Origin: an uncultured delta proteobacterium
Lineage (GTDB): Bacteria; Desulfobacterota; RBG-13-43-22
Direction of reading: 5' to 3'
Assembly: GCA_963711835.1 (NCBI GenBank)
Contig: CAVQFQ010000011.1
Location: 12,667 to 76,666, forward strand
DNA: 64,000 nucleotides
A program made the position numbers and the translations under genes. Below the pieces are notes generated by a model, which worked only from the letters and a program-made list of their open reading frames with translations, searched no databases and had not been told where the DNA came from. Shown in pieces: positions 33,802 to 43,777 of the stretch (position 1 is its first letter; each line of letters starts with the position of its first letter).

Positions 33802-33872
33802 GGGAGCGGCTACAGGAAAAAAAGGCAGGAGCCATTACGACGAGCCGATCGCTTAACGTGTTGAAGAAAAGT

Positions 33873-33910
33873 GAAAAAGGACTGTTGATTTAATATCAGC
33901 GGTCCTTTTC
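33873..33910. terminator. Bidirectional terminator inside the IS end
   Basis: AAAAGGACTGTTGAT-ttaat-ATCAGCGGTCCTTTT with A and T tails. Confidence 0.7.
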
Positions 33911-33963
33911 TTTTTAGAAGAAATCTTCCGCAGGGGTATGACTGAAAAATTCTAAGCAGCTTG

Positions 33964-35738
33964 TTACTGATAATAGATAATGTCCTCAACAGTTATCTTG
34001 CCCTTTGCCAGTCCCAACCGCATTGCCGGGGTCTGCTTGTTCTTGCCAACTTCCACAAAATTATAAAAGACACGGAAGATATCCAGTAGTTTGCCAACCA
34101 TAACCGGTTTATAGGGACCATAGCCAAACCAGCGGCGGCCCAAGCTTGCCGAACTGCTGATCGGTCTCTCTAGTAATGATAATCTCCTTCGAACTTGCAT
34201 GAAGAAGCAGTCAATCGCATGGAGACTTGCCTTGTTGTAGAGCCAGGCAAGATGGTCTTCGTCATACGCTTGGATATCCGTCAGAGTAGCACATGGCCTT
34301 TTCGGGTTCTCCCATATTCGGGAATGGATGTTCCACCCAACGATCCTGCCATTTCCCGATGTTGACCATCTGGGCCATCTTCTCCTTTATCATCAGGAGC
34401 TTTACCTGCCAATCCTTCATATCCGGATGCAACTGCTTCATTGCTGCCATGCAGCGCCGATTCTCTGCCAGTATCCGGCGCTTTTCGTCAATGGTCGCCT
34501 CGGTGTTGATCCGAACATAAAAGGCATCGCAGCGTCCCTCCTTGATCCTATCAGAAAATGCCGACAGACAAGCAGCCCGGAAGGCTGAGTCCTGATCGAG
34601 AAAAAAACGGATCTTCTCTGTGTTATCGAGAAGTTTCCTAAGAAAGAAGAAGTGCCCATACATGGTGTATTCTCCACGGACCTGCATCCCATCTTTCGGC
34701 AGAGCAAGATCGTCATCCAGATTGTCGAACACTTCGACATCGTCCCTCTTGTCAACGTCCTCATAGGTGGCAGCTATATTATCCCTCAGAGATCCGGCAT
34801 GGTATGCCAAATCTTTGGGCTCGGGTCTTCTTGATGGCCTCGATGTAATCCCCTCGGAGCCAGAGACGGGCATATTGCCTGTAGGCCGGCCTTACTTCGT
34901 AATCACCTGAGGCAATCGCATCCCTCTCTATGTCGTCCGGATTCAGTGAGGGGTCAAAGTTGAGATGCAGGCCGAGGACATAACCGGTCGTGTTGTCAGC
35001 GCTGCCGACAGCACGGAAAATGATGTTTCTCCGGTCGTCGGCGTCCGACCAGTTGATCATATAGTCTTGCCGGTCAACTCCAATATAGAGGCGGGCGAGT
35101 GGCATGGTGGAAAGATTGCGTTCCCTCTCAGCCGCAAAGGAAAGGCACTGCCGATGAATAAAATCGATCTTCCGATAGAGAGTCGACATGGTGATCCCTT
35201 CCACCTCGCAGATACGACGGAAAGGCACCTTGTTGACGAGAAGACGGAAAATAGCAGCATTTTTGTGGGGTTTTCGGTGCCGGATCGTCGGCGACGAAGC
35301 GGTAATGAATGTTCTGCCGCACGCCTTGCAACGATAGCGTATAGATCCTGCTTTTGTCCGTCCGAACGAGTGATAGTGAGTCTTGCCTTTCTCTGTATCT
35401 ATATGGTGGTTCGGGCAGTCCTGGTTTGGGCAAGTCGGGATAGCTATGGTATCAAAAGGCTTCCAAAAGCGGCTCAGCTCTTCATGGATGGCTTTGTTGC
35501 TCTTTATCGTTGGATATTGGCCGCAAAAACCACACCGAAGCATGGGCGTGCCTCGGCCTGAACCAACTACGTTATATGTATCCCTACCACGTTCCGCTGC
35601 TCCCTTCCCTCTGGGCTGTCTCTTTGTGCTCGCCGGAACACCGAAATTCTGGCACTGTGGATTCTTGCAGAAATTGACCTGAATCCCGCCGACTTCTATC
35701 GGGACACGTTCATCAAGCTGGCTTGGTCCTTTGATCAA
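33964..35738 (-). CDS. ~590-aa Zn-finger transposase-like protein (two frameshifts)
   Basis: GIQVNFCKNPQC, CGFC, CPNQDC..RYRCKACGRTF (InsA-like), HTH, putative acidic triad GVDRQD / FLDQD / AIDCFF, C-terminus TPAMRLGLA. Confidence 0.75.
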
Positions 35739-35888
35739 AAAAATCCCCCTACCAGATTCTACCTCGTAGGGGGACAAATGTTAAGCACTTTTTCAACACG
35801 TTAAGCGATCGGCTCGCCTGACCTGACCCTGCCTTTTTTGTGCACACTTCGAATGTTAATCGTTAATTTTCGGGTAGTTTCTTTAGAA

Positions 35889-36075
35889 TAGTAGGTGTAA
35901 GTCCCCAAGCGGGAAGGGTCTGCGACTTCTTTTTCCTGATCCTTTTCTATTCAAAAGTCCAAGACCTGCACAGTCCTATTAACATCGTCGGAAGATCCCC
36001 TTTATTCCCTTGCCTCCAACCTGATTTTATCCTTGACGGTGTTCTTTTTCTTGTTTTATAGTCTTACCATCAAAA
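35889..36075 (+). repeat. ~180-bp direct repeat, copy 1, containing a sigma70-like promoter
   Basis: Homologous to 42433-42615; identical core CCTTGACGGTGTTCTTTTTCTTGTTTTATAGTC (TTGACG-18-TATAGT). Confidence 0.85.
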
Positions 36076-36092
36076 AGCAACTTCTATAAAAA

Positions 36093-36743
36093 ATGATGAT
36101 TATCAGCTTGGTTAACCAAAAAGGCGGGGTGGGTAAGACAACGATTGCGATCAACCTCGGTATCGGTCTGGCCAGGAGGAACTTTAAGGTAGGGTTTCTG
36201 GACACGGATCCTCAAGGCACCGCTTCTCAATGGCAGTCGATTGAAGGGAATTTAGCTTTTGAGGTGAGGCATCACCCCTCTCCGGTCTCTTCCGTGGACC
36301 TAATGGACGCCAACCGGAATTATGGCTGTCTTGTAATTGACACACCCCCTGCAATGGGAGACATTATGTTGTCTGTTCTGGCCTACTCTGATCTTGCCAT
36401 AATTCCTTTAGCCCCAAGCGTATTGGACATCTGGTCCAGCAGAACCACGATTGAAATGATCGAAGAGGCAAAGATAGTCAACCCAAAACTGCAGGGTAGA
36501 CTCCTCGTCAGTCGAAAGGTCCCAAGGACCAGGCTGGCCCGTGATGGAAGAGAAGCCATAACTGCCCTGGAAATGGATGTATTCGAAACTGAGATATCTC
36601 AAAGAATTGCCTATGTCGAATCAATGATTGCCGGAGTCTCCGTGTTTCAGTATGCGCCAAAAAGTGAAGCATCGAAGGAGATAGAAGACCTCTGTGAGGA
36701 AATATTGCAAGAAATGCAGCTGAAAAGCCGACCCAATTGGTGA
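36093..36743 (+). CDS. ParA/MinD family ATPase (short type Ib-like)
   Basis: NQKGGVGKTT, DTDPQG, IDTPP. Confidence 0.9.
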   Translation: MMIISLVNQKGGVGKTTIAINLGIGLARRNFKVGFLDTDPQGTASQWQSIEGNLAFEVRHHPSPVSSVDLMDANRNYGCLVIDTPPAMGDIMLSVLAYSDLAIIPLAPSVLDIWSSRTTIEMIEEAKIVNPKLQGRLLVSRKVPRTRLARDGREAITALEMDVFETEISQRIAYVESMIAGVSVFQYAPKSEASKEIEDLCEEILQEMQLKSRPNW

Positions 36744-36848
36744 TTGATGTGACCGGCCAGGGTTATGTCCGGGATAATTGTTAACTCAGGATTATTTTCG
36801 TTTATCATTTGAAACATCGTTACTGTTGCTGGATGGAGGCTAAGAAGA

Positions 36849-37283
36849 ATGGCAAAGATCAAAAAGAGGAAACTTATCTGGGAGCCTTCGACCTCCCCAA
36901 ACGTCATTGGTTATAAACTCTACTGGGCGGAGGAAGGAGAAGTCAATTATAACTCTCCCAGCGCCATGATTGGAAATGTGACCGAGGTGGTCTTGCCGGA
37001 GCAAGTACCCTCATTTCCTATTGTCAAAGGGTCTATTCAACTCGGCCTTACCGCCCTGAACGAAATGGGAAATGAATCAGACATGATGATAGTGGCCGCC
37101 CCTTTTCAATTTTCCGCTCCAGATGCCCCAATAGGCCCAAGGCTTGAAACGTTAAAAGAGTATCATTTCTGCCAAGGATCAAACACCGGAGATAACAAAT
37201 CGGCGACAGACATAACAGGTCCAGATCTCAGAGCTGATTTATCTCTGGGAAGAATTTCGGATCATTTACCTATCCAAAGATAA
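36849..37283 (+). CDS. Hypothetical protein with fibronectin-III-like beta domain
   Basis: LIWEPS..VIGYKLYW..GLTALNEMGNESD pattern; SD GGAGG. Confidence 0.6.
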   Translation: MAKIKKRKLIWEPSTSPNVIGYKLYWAEEGEVNYNSPSAMIGNVTEVVLPEQVPSFPIVKGSIQLGLTALNEMGNESDMMIVAAPFQFSAPDAPIGPRLETLKEYHFCQGSNTGDNKSATDITGPDLRADLSLGRISDHLPIQR

Positions 37284-37632
37284 CCGGCAAGAGAAAATCT
37301 TTGATGCTTTAGACTGGTTGGGGGTTTTTGCTTCTCATATCCCTGACTAGCCTGAACAAATGATTCGTTATATGTTTTTCATAGTAACGCTTCCAGGAGA
37401 CTTCGTTAAAAAGATATGGATCTCCTTAAAATTCCTTCCTGGTTCTATTGCCTCCTAATAAGAAAGTTCTTAAAAATAGGAAAAAATTAAAATAATAATT
37501 CGCTCAGACATGTATGAAATATCATACATTCCTTTCTGAATTCCGTAGGAAAACTCATTCATTTAACCCTTTTCAAATATCCTCTATCCTAGAAAAACTT
37601 AGTCATTCCATGAGATATAAAAAATAAAAAAA

Positions 37633-37647
37633 TGGCACATCTTTTGC
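37633..37647 (+). promoter_or_regulatory. sigma54 -24/-12 promoter
   Basis: TGGCAC-ATCTT-TTGC consensus match. Confidence 0.7.
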
Positions 37648-37675
37648 GTGAAGAAAAGAAAAAGCTTTATAAATC

Positions 37676-37761
37676 TTTTCTTGTGCCATTTATTTTTCCC
37701 TGAAGGTAAGTATACATAAAAACTTGGATTATCAGTAATCTGCCCGCCCGATCTAAATCCC
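37676..37761 (+). repeat. ~85-bp direct repeat, copy 1
   Basis: Matches 38768-38852 (shared ATTTTTCCCTGAAGGTAAGTATACA..TTATCAGTA..CCGCCCGATC). Confidence 0.85.
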
Positions 37762-37843
37762 GCCCAATCGGCAGGCTGTTTTTAAAAAAAGAGCCCATAT
37801 CATTTGAAAACATGGGTGTAAAAAAAACAAAGGAAGATATTTC

Positions 37844-38746
37844 ATGCTGTTAAACTTTTATGGTTTTTCGGATAAACCTTTCGAATTATCGCCAGACCTC
37901 ACGTTTCTTTATCTGACCAAGAGCTACAAGAAGGCCCTGGAGACTATATTAACAGGAATATATGAAAAAAAGGGGTTGATGGTCCTTATAGGTGAAGTTG
38001 GAACAGGGAAAACCATGTTGATTCACGAGGTCATGGAGAGGCTCCCCCAAAAAGTAAAAACGGCTTTTATTTTCCATTCCACTTACGAATTTAACGAATT
38101 GCTCCAACAGATTTTATTTGAGTTGGGAGAACCGGCGGCTTGTGAAGAGACCCAAAAGTTCAAAAAGCCATTCTTGGTTTATTTGAGAGAGCTCAGGGAG
38201 CAGGGGGAGTTACTGGCCGTCCTGATCGATGAAGCCCATTTACTCCCAAAGGATGTGGTCGAGGATCTGTTCTGCCTCTTCGAATTGGAACCCTGGATTT
38301 CCGAAACCCTCCAGCTTGTCCTGGTTGGGCAGCCAGAGCTCGAGGAAACCTACGTTGCCGCTTTCTATAAGTACCGGCTCCCGAAGACCCCTCTAGGGAT
38401 AAAGATTAAACCTCTGTCAGCGAAAGAATCGCTGGATTATATCGAGCATCGACTGAGAAGGGTCGGAAAGTATTCGATTGAAATTTTTTCCCCTCAGGCC
38501 GTTTCCCTGATAGTTGAAAAGGCTGAAGGAATCCCCAGGGTGATCAACAACATCTGCGATAATGCCCTTTTTACCGGTTATAATGCCTCTGTGAAAATAA
38601 TCGGTGCCGATATTATCCAAAAGGTCATCCGAAATCTTGATGGGCCGGACTATAAGCCTACCACTGAGGCAAAGCACTTCAGGAATGTAGCTTTTCGATA
38701 TATCTATCGTAAATGGCATCAGTATCCTCGTACCCAAATGCCATAG
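37844..38746 (+). CDS. ExeA/GspA-like AAA ATPase
   Basis: FYGFSDKPF..PD..FLY, GEVGTGKT, IDEAH, LVGQPEL, GIPRVINNICDNAL. Confidence 0.88.
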   Translation: MLLNFYGFSDKPFELSPDLTFLYLTKSYKKALETILTGIYEKKGLMVLIGEVGTGKTMLIHEVMERLPQKVKTAFIFHSTYEFNELLQQILFELGEPAACEETQKFKKPFLVYLRELREQGELLAVLIDEAHLLPKDVVEDLFCLFELEPWISETLQLVLVGQPELEETYVAAFYKYRLPKTPLGIKIKPLSAKESLDYIEHRLRRVGKYSIEIFSPQAVSLIVEKAEGIPRVINNICDNALFTGYNASVKIIGADIIQKVIRNLDGPDYKPTTEAKHFRNVAFRYIYRKWHQYPRTQMP

Positions 38747-38767
38747 CAATAAAGCAATGGGGTTCTT

Positions 38768-38852
38768 TTTTCTTGTACCATTCATTTTTCCCTGAAGGTA
38801 AGTATACAGAAAGCTTGGGTTATCAGTAGTCTGACCGCCCGATCCAAATCCC
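38768..38852 (+). repeat. ~85-bp direct repeat, copy 2
   Basis: Matches 37676-37761. Confidence 0.85.
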
Positions 38853-39308
38853 ACTTACGCCTTCTTTTTTCCGTACTTCCTCTTACCACTATTTTGGTTT
38901 TTCCTTTTCAGGGGACATCCTATATTACGGTTCTTTGTTGAATTTAGAAACGGCAATGGCATGATTTAGCCCAACTTAGTTATATCGAGCAAAGGAGATA
39001 ATCAGAAACTGAATAACAGTAAGAAAGGTGTATTCTCCAGCCTTACAAGTATAATTAACTCAAGTAATTACGTTAAGTATACTTTCTATTTTGTAGAATA
39101 TGCTGAAACTTTTTGATATTATCCGGAAAATTATTCAACAATTTGTTAGGCGGCGAGTATCCCATCCTTAATTACTGATGAAAGTGAAGGGAATAAAATC
39201 CTCTTTTTCCTCCAATCTGTATGAAAATGCCTTCATGATGAGAAAATCAGGAGGTGAAAAAAAATAAATATCTCCTTATTCCAAAGTGTTATCTCTGATG
39301 GCCCTATC

Positions 39309-39323
39309 TGGCATACCTTATGC
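39309..39323 (+). promoter_or_regulatory. Putative sigma54 promoter of the LDT/lipoprotein cluster
   Basis: TGGCAT-ACCTT-ATGC, 45 bp upstream of ATG 39369. Confidence 0.55.
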
Positions 39324-39368
39324 TTTTAGATAGAGTAAAGCTACTCTTCAGCCCTGTTCGATACCACC

Positions 39369-40708
39369 ATGCGCCGAATCATTGACTTGTCACTCTTATC
39401 CAATAGGCTTCGTCCTATAGTTCTTTTTATCGTCATCTTATATCTCCATGGATGTGCTACAACGAAAAGCGTTCATGAGGAATATCGGCCCATTCCAAGA
39501 CCTCTGGAAGAAAATATCGAACGAAATGAGTTTTCAGTTGCAAAAGGAGATGATGTCATTGGCCGGTTGGCTTTCATCAGTCTTGAAAAGGGGGATACGC
39601 TACCGGATATTGCGAGGCACTTCAGCCTGGGAATCAATGGAATCAGTGCAGCTAATCCAGGGGTAGATATATGGGTGCCTGAGGCCGGAGAACGTATCCT
39701 GTTGCCTCTGAGTTTTATCCTGCCGGACGCTCCTAGAAAAGGCATCGTGATCAATTTAGCCGCAATGAGGCTTTTTCAATTTAAAGGAGATAGTGAGTCA
39801 ATGACGGTGTTGACCTACCCGGTCGGTGTCGGTACCGAAGAGCGACCCTCGCCCACAGGTCAAATGGTTGTGGAGCGCAAGGTAATCCGGCCGACCTGGC
39901 ATGTACCTGCCTCAATTGCTAAGGATCATCGAAAAAAAGGAGATCCTCTGCCCGCTGCACGTTCCGCCGGGACCTCAAAATCCCTTGGGAGAATACGCGC
40001 TATATTTAAGTAAGTCGAGTTATTTGATCCATGGCACTAATAAACCGGCCAGCATTGGTCTCCGGGCAACCAATGGCTGCATAAGACTCTATCCGGAAGA
40101 CATGAAAAAACTCTATGAGAACACTCCGGTTAAAACACCGGTAACTCATCGTTAACCAGCCATATCTCCTGGGTCAAAGTAATGGAGTAATTTACCTGGA
40201 GGTTCATGCGTCCCCGGAAGACTTGGACGTTGTTGAGTTTGATAAGATATATGCAAAATTGAGAAATATTGAAAAGGAATCGGGGCGCACGCTTGACTGG
40301 AGCAAGGTTAAGAAAGTATTGGCCGAGGCCCGGGGGATTCCAGTTCCCATATTCGAGATCAGCCAGGGAAGCGGAAAAGGGGTTGCGGAAACCATAGAAG
40401 TCAAGCACCCGGACGAATTATATGGCAGACCGGAAATACCGGAACTGAAAACAGAGGCCTGGTCTGTTTTGGCTGCTGACGTGCGTGACGAGATTGATGC
40501 TGTAAGACTTGCCGCCATTATCAACCACCAGGGTCCACAAATCCCGGCCAGGGTGTTATCAAAGAATGGTAGCTACCGTGTTGTCGCTGGCCCTTTCAAT
40601 GATATCAGAGAGGCCAAAGATGCAATCAAACGCTTGAAAATTGATTTGGAAATAGAGGGTATATTGATTGAACCTGTCAAGAAGAGACAGTCGAGAGAAA
40701 GGAGGTGA
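39369..40708 (+). CDS. L,D-transpeptidase (ErfK/YbiS-like, LysM + YkuD + SPOR), lipoprotein; two frameshifts
   Basis: Lipobox LHGC, ANPGVDIWVP, PPGPQNPLG, LIHGTN..GCIRL, YRVVAGPF. Confidence 0.85.
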
Positions 40709-40715
40709 TTAGACG

Positions 40716-41081
40716 ATGAAGAAGAGTCTTTTGATGATCTCAATGATGCTTGTTCTTGCTGTTATTGTGGGAGGTTGTGCAACAAGAGGCGACCTCGCGA
40801 AAGTTCAGTCGCAGCAAAACATGACTAATGCGAAAGCTGATCAGGCAACTCAGGATGCGCAGGCTGCCAAGGCGGCATCTGATGCGGCCACTTTAAAGGC
40901 AAATGAAGCCGCAGCCCGTGCCGAAAATGCTGTAAAGATGGCCGAGGAAAGGGCGAAGATGGCCGAGGAAAAGGAGAAGATGGCAGAGGAAAAGGCAAAG
41001 CTCGCCGATGAAAAGGCGAGAATCGCCGATGAAAAGGCGAAGAAGGCTGAAACCGTTTTCCAGAAATCAATGAAGAAGTAA
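40716..41081 (+). CDS. Lpp/OprI-like alanine-zipper lipoprotein
   Basis: Lipobox VGGC, Ala-rich heptads, C-terminus FQKSMKK resembling OprI. Confidence 0.85.
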   Translation: MKKSLLMISMMLVLAVIVGGCATRGDLAKVQSQQNMTNAKADQATQDAQAAKAASDAATLKANEAAARAENAVKMAEERAKMAEEKEKMAEEKAKLADEKARIADEKAKKAETVFQKSMKK

Positions 41082-41125
41082 GTCAATTTTATGGGTAGCC
41101 GTTAACTTTGCCTTTAGCGCTCCGG

Positions 41126-41163
41126 AAGGAAGTGGCAGGGTTTTGAGACCCTGCCGCTTCCTT
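41126..41163 (+). terminator. Hairpin downstream of the lipoprotein gene
   Basis: AAGGAAGTGGCAGGGT..ACCCTGCCGCTTCCTT. Confidence 0.6.
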
Positions 41164-41418
41164 ATGCTTCCACCATTCAAGTCTGTCTGGACCATTCATT
41201 TATTATGGTTAGTGTCCGGCTAATCAGTCACCGGTCTAGTATAACGGAATTTCAAACGAGGTATAGTTTCAGGATTGACAAAGGATGTCTGCACGCAACT
41301 TTGAGCGTTTGACATGACCGGTCAGATCTGTCAATCTAGGGATCAGGCTCTCATCAGCAAGAGAGATCATGAAACTTCTGCGATCATCAAACATATTATA
41401 ATGAACACGAAGGCGTAT

Positions 41419-42406
41419 ATGGGTAAAAAGCAAAGTAGGATAGGTCGGCCTCTTTACCTTTTCTTTGTCTGCATCATAATAACACCAATTCTAATAGGCG
41501 GGTGCAGTCACTTTAATGAGGGATTTCAGGCCAGGTCAACCTTCAAAGAAGCGAATGATCTTTTCAACCAGGGAAGCTACCAGGCCTCTCTGGGCAAATA
41601 TGAGCAGATTATTGAAAAATATCCCACGGCGGGAGACAGGGTTCTTTTCGAGATGGGTATTATCTATGCCTATCCTGGGAATGAGCAAAAAGATTATCAG
41701 AAATCTCTGGAATGTTTTCAGAAACTCATAAAGGATTACCCGGGGAGCGGGTACAGGAAGGACAGTGAGATGATGATATTTCATATCAAAAATGTCATTA
41801 TCAAGGATAAGACGATTGCTGCGCAGCAAACACAGATTGAGACTCTCCAACAAGAGGTTAAAAGCAAGGGGAATGAGATTATTACCCTGCAAAAAAAGAT
41901 TGAAGCGCTTGAACAAGAGGTTAAGAGCAAAGAGAATGAGATTATTACACTGCAAAAAGAAGTTTCTGCACTCCAGACGGGACCGGCAGATAAAATTCTG
42001 ATAGAAAAGAAAGAACGACGATTGACGTTGATCTCAAAGGGCAAGGTGCTCAAGACCTACAAAATAGCCTTGGGGGGAAACCCGAATGGTCCAAAAGAAA
42101 GGCAAGGCGATAACAAAACCCCGGAGGGAACCTACGTTATCGATTCAAGAAACAAGGACAGCCGTTATCACCTGTCTCTTCATATTTCCTATCCAAACGA
42201 GAAAGACAAAAAGCGGGCAAAAGAACTTGGTGTTTCTCCGGGCGGAGACATCATGATCCACGGCATTAAGAATGGTTTCTCGTGGGCTGGTGATTTTCAC
42301 ACAGAGGTTGACTGGACGAAAGGGTGTATTGCCGTTACAGACGAAGAAATAGAGGAAATTGACAAGTTAGCGCCCAAATGGTACGATTGTTGAGATAAGG
42401 CCATAG
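41419..42406 (+). CDS. YafK/DpaA-like YkuD-domain lipoprotein with TPR and coiled-coil stalk (frameshift at extreme C-terminus)
   Basis: Lipobox IGGC; GPKERQGDNKTPEG, SLHISYPN, GGDIMIHG, WTKGCIAV. Confidence 0.82.
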
Positions 42407-42432
42407 AAGGCCGCATAACTTATCGTTCCGCT

Positions 42433-42615
42433 TAGTAGATGCAGCTCACAAAGCAGTAAGGGTCTTCCACTTTTTCCCCTGATCCTTTTCTATTCAAAAA
42501 ACCCAGACCTGCACAGTCACGTTTTCTTCAGAAGACCCCCGTTGTCCCCTTGCCTTTGACCCCATTTTCCCCTTGACGGTGTTCTTTTTCTTGTTTTATA
42601 GTCCTACCATAAAAA
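42433..42615 (+). repeat. ~180-bp direct repeat, copy 2, containing a sigma70-like promoter
   Basis: Homologous to 35889-36075. Confidence 0.85.
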
Positions 42616-42758
42616 ATATTATCATTTAATTCCATCTGTTTCAATGCCCGGAAGCAGGTGAAAAATGGTCGGTTTTTTTCGTTAATGTTCTTGTGGAGAG
42701 AAATGTACGGAGAATAAGTTCAATCTTTCGGTGACCAAAAGCAGCGGTTTGGAAAAAC

Positions 42759-43583
42759 ATGAAAATATTCATCATCGCCGACATCGAAGGCGCCGTCGGA
42801 GTCAGTAAGCGGAGCCAGTGCTATTTCATGAAGCCGGATTTTCAATACGGAAGGCGATGCCTGACTGACGATGTGAACGCCGTCGTCAAGGGCGCGATCG
42901 AAGCCGGAGCGGACAGTATCGTTGTTCGAGACACACACGAGACAGGGCAGAATATCATCAGGGAGAATCTGCCTCCCGGAGTCGAATATATCGGCGGCCA
43001 ACTGGATCGACCGTTCCCGATCCTTGGCGATCCCAGCGGCGCGGATCTGGTTTTTCTGGTGGCCTCCCACGCGCGTTCAGGCAGTCCCGGCGGTTTCTTC
43101 CCGCATACTTTTTTCGGTGGTTTCAGCGAAGTGCGGATAAACGGGAATCCCGTTGGCGAGGCTTCCATTTACGCCGCCACCCTTTCCGAGTGGGGCATCC
43201 CGATAGCCTTCAACTCCGGGGACAGACAAGCGATTCGTGAATCCCTGTCCATAATGCCCTGGCTCAAAACCGTGGAGGCTCCGAAGGAGGAAGAGTATTA
43301 TTCCCTTCCCCAAGCGGAGGAAAGAATCTCGGCCCTGCGGGAGCGGCTCCGCGCCGGCGCCTTCGAAGCCGTGAAAGGCGCCATGGAAATGAAATGCCTG
43401 GAATTACAGCCGGATTCATTCTGGGAAGTGGATATTAAAAATCCTGATTTAGCAGAAAAAATAAAAGTGGCGGAGGCATCACTGGCCGGCAGTACCCTGA
43501 GCTGGCGCGCAGGAACCTATCTGGAGGGATTCGACACCTTTTTCAGGCTGGTTCAGGCGGCCTTCCTGGCCTACAGTTCATAG
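42759..43583 (+). CDS. M55 family metallopeptidase (DppA D-aminopeptidase-like)
   Basis: IADIEG, RDTH, HAR, PHT, GE, SGD. Confidence 0.85.
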   Translation: MKIFIIADIEGAVGVSKRSQCYFMKPDFQYGRRCLTDDVNAVVKGAIEAGADSIVVRDTHETGQNIIRENLPPGVEYIGGQLDRPFPILGDPSGADLVFLVASHARSGSPGGFFPHTFFGGFSEVRINGNPVGEASIYAATLSEWGIPIAFNSGDRQAIRESLSIMPWLKTVEAPKEEEYYSLPQAEERISALRERLRAGAFEAVKGAMEMKCLELQPDSFWEVDIKNPDLAEKIKVAEASLAGSTLSWRAGTYLEGFDTFFRLVQAAFLAYSS

Positions 43584-43777
43584 ATTAAATATTGGCGTTC
43601 TTAATCTTTTCTCGGCATCCCTACACTACAATGCAATTATTTTAATATTTCATGATTTTGCCGCTGATAACGCGGATTGCGAGGATTCTTTAAAAATCTT
43701 GAATACAGCGGCGGACATTAAAATTTCCCCGGCGATCCTTTGATCTCGAAAAAATAGTGTTGTATCTTATTTGAAAT

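Larger units (their letters stand above)
33841..35816 (-). mobile_element. Insertion element (IS1/IS1595-related, unclassified) with perfect 25-bp terminal IRs
   Basis: CGAGCCGATCGCTTAACGTGTTGAA at 33841 and its reverse complement ending at 35816, enclosing one transposase-like gene. Confidence 0.85.

Noticed and set aside
36093-36743. ParA as evidence of a plasmid or prophage
   Set aside because: No rep, parB, integrase or phage genes in the window.
38738-38771. CCAT..ATGGGGTTCTTTTTT as a fourth leader element
   Set aside because: It overlaps the exeA-like stop codon and is adequately explained as an ordinary terminator.
38956-38970. TGGCATGATTTAGC as a sigma54 promoter
   Set aside because: GG-to-GC spacing is one base too short.
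40935-41040. 21-bp tandem repeats as a CRISPR array
   Set aside because: In-frame coding heptads with no spacers and no cas genes.
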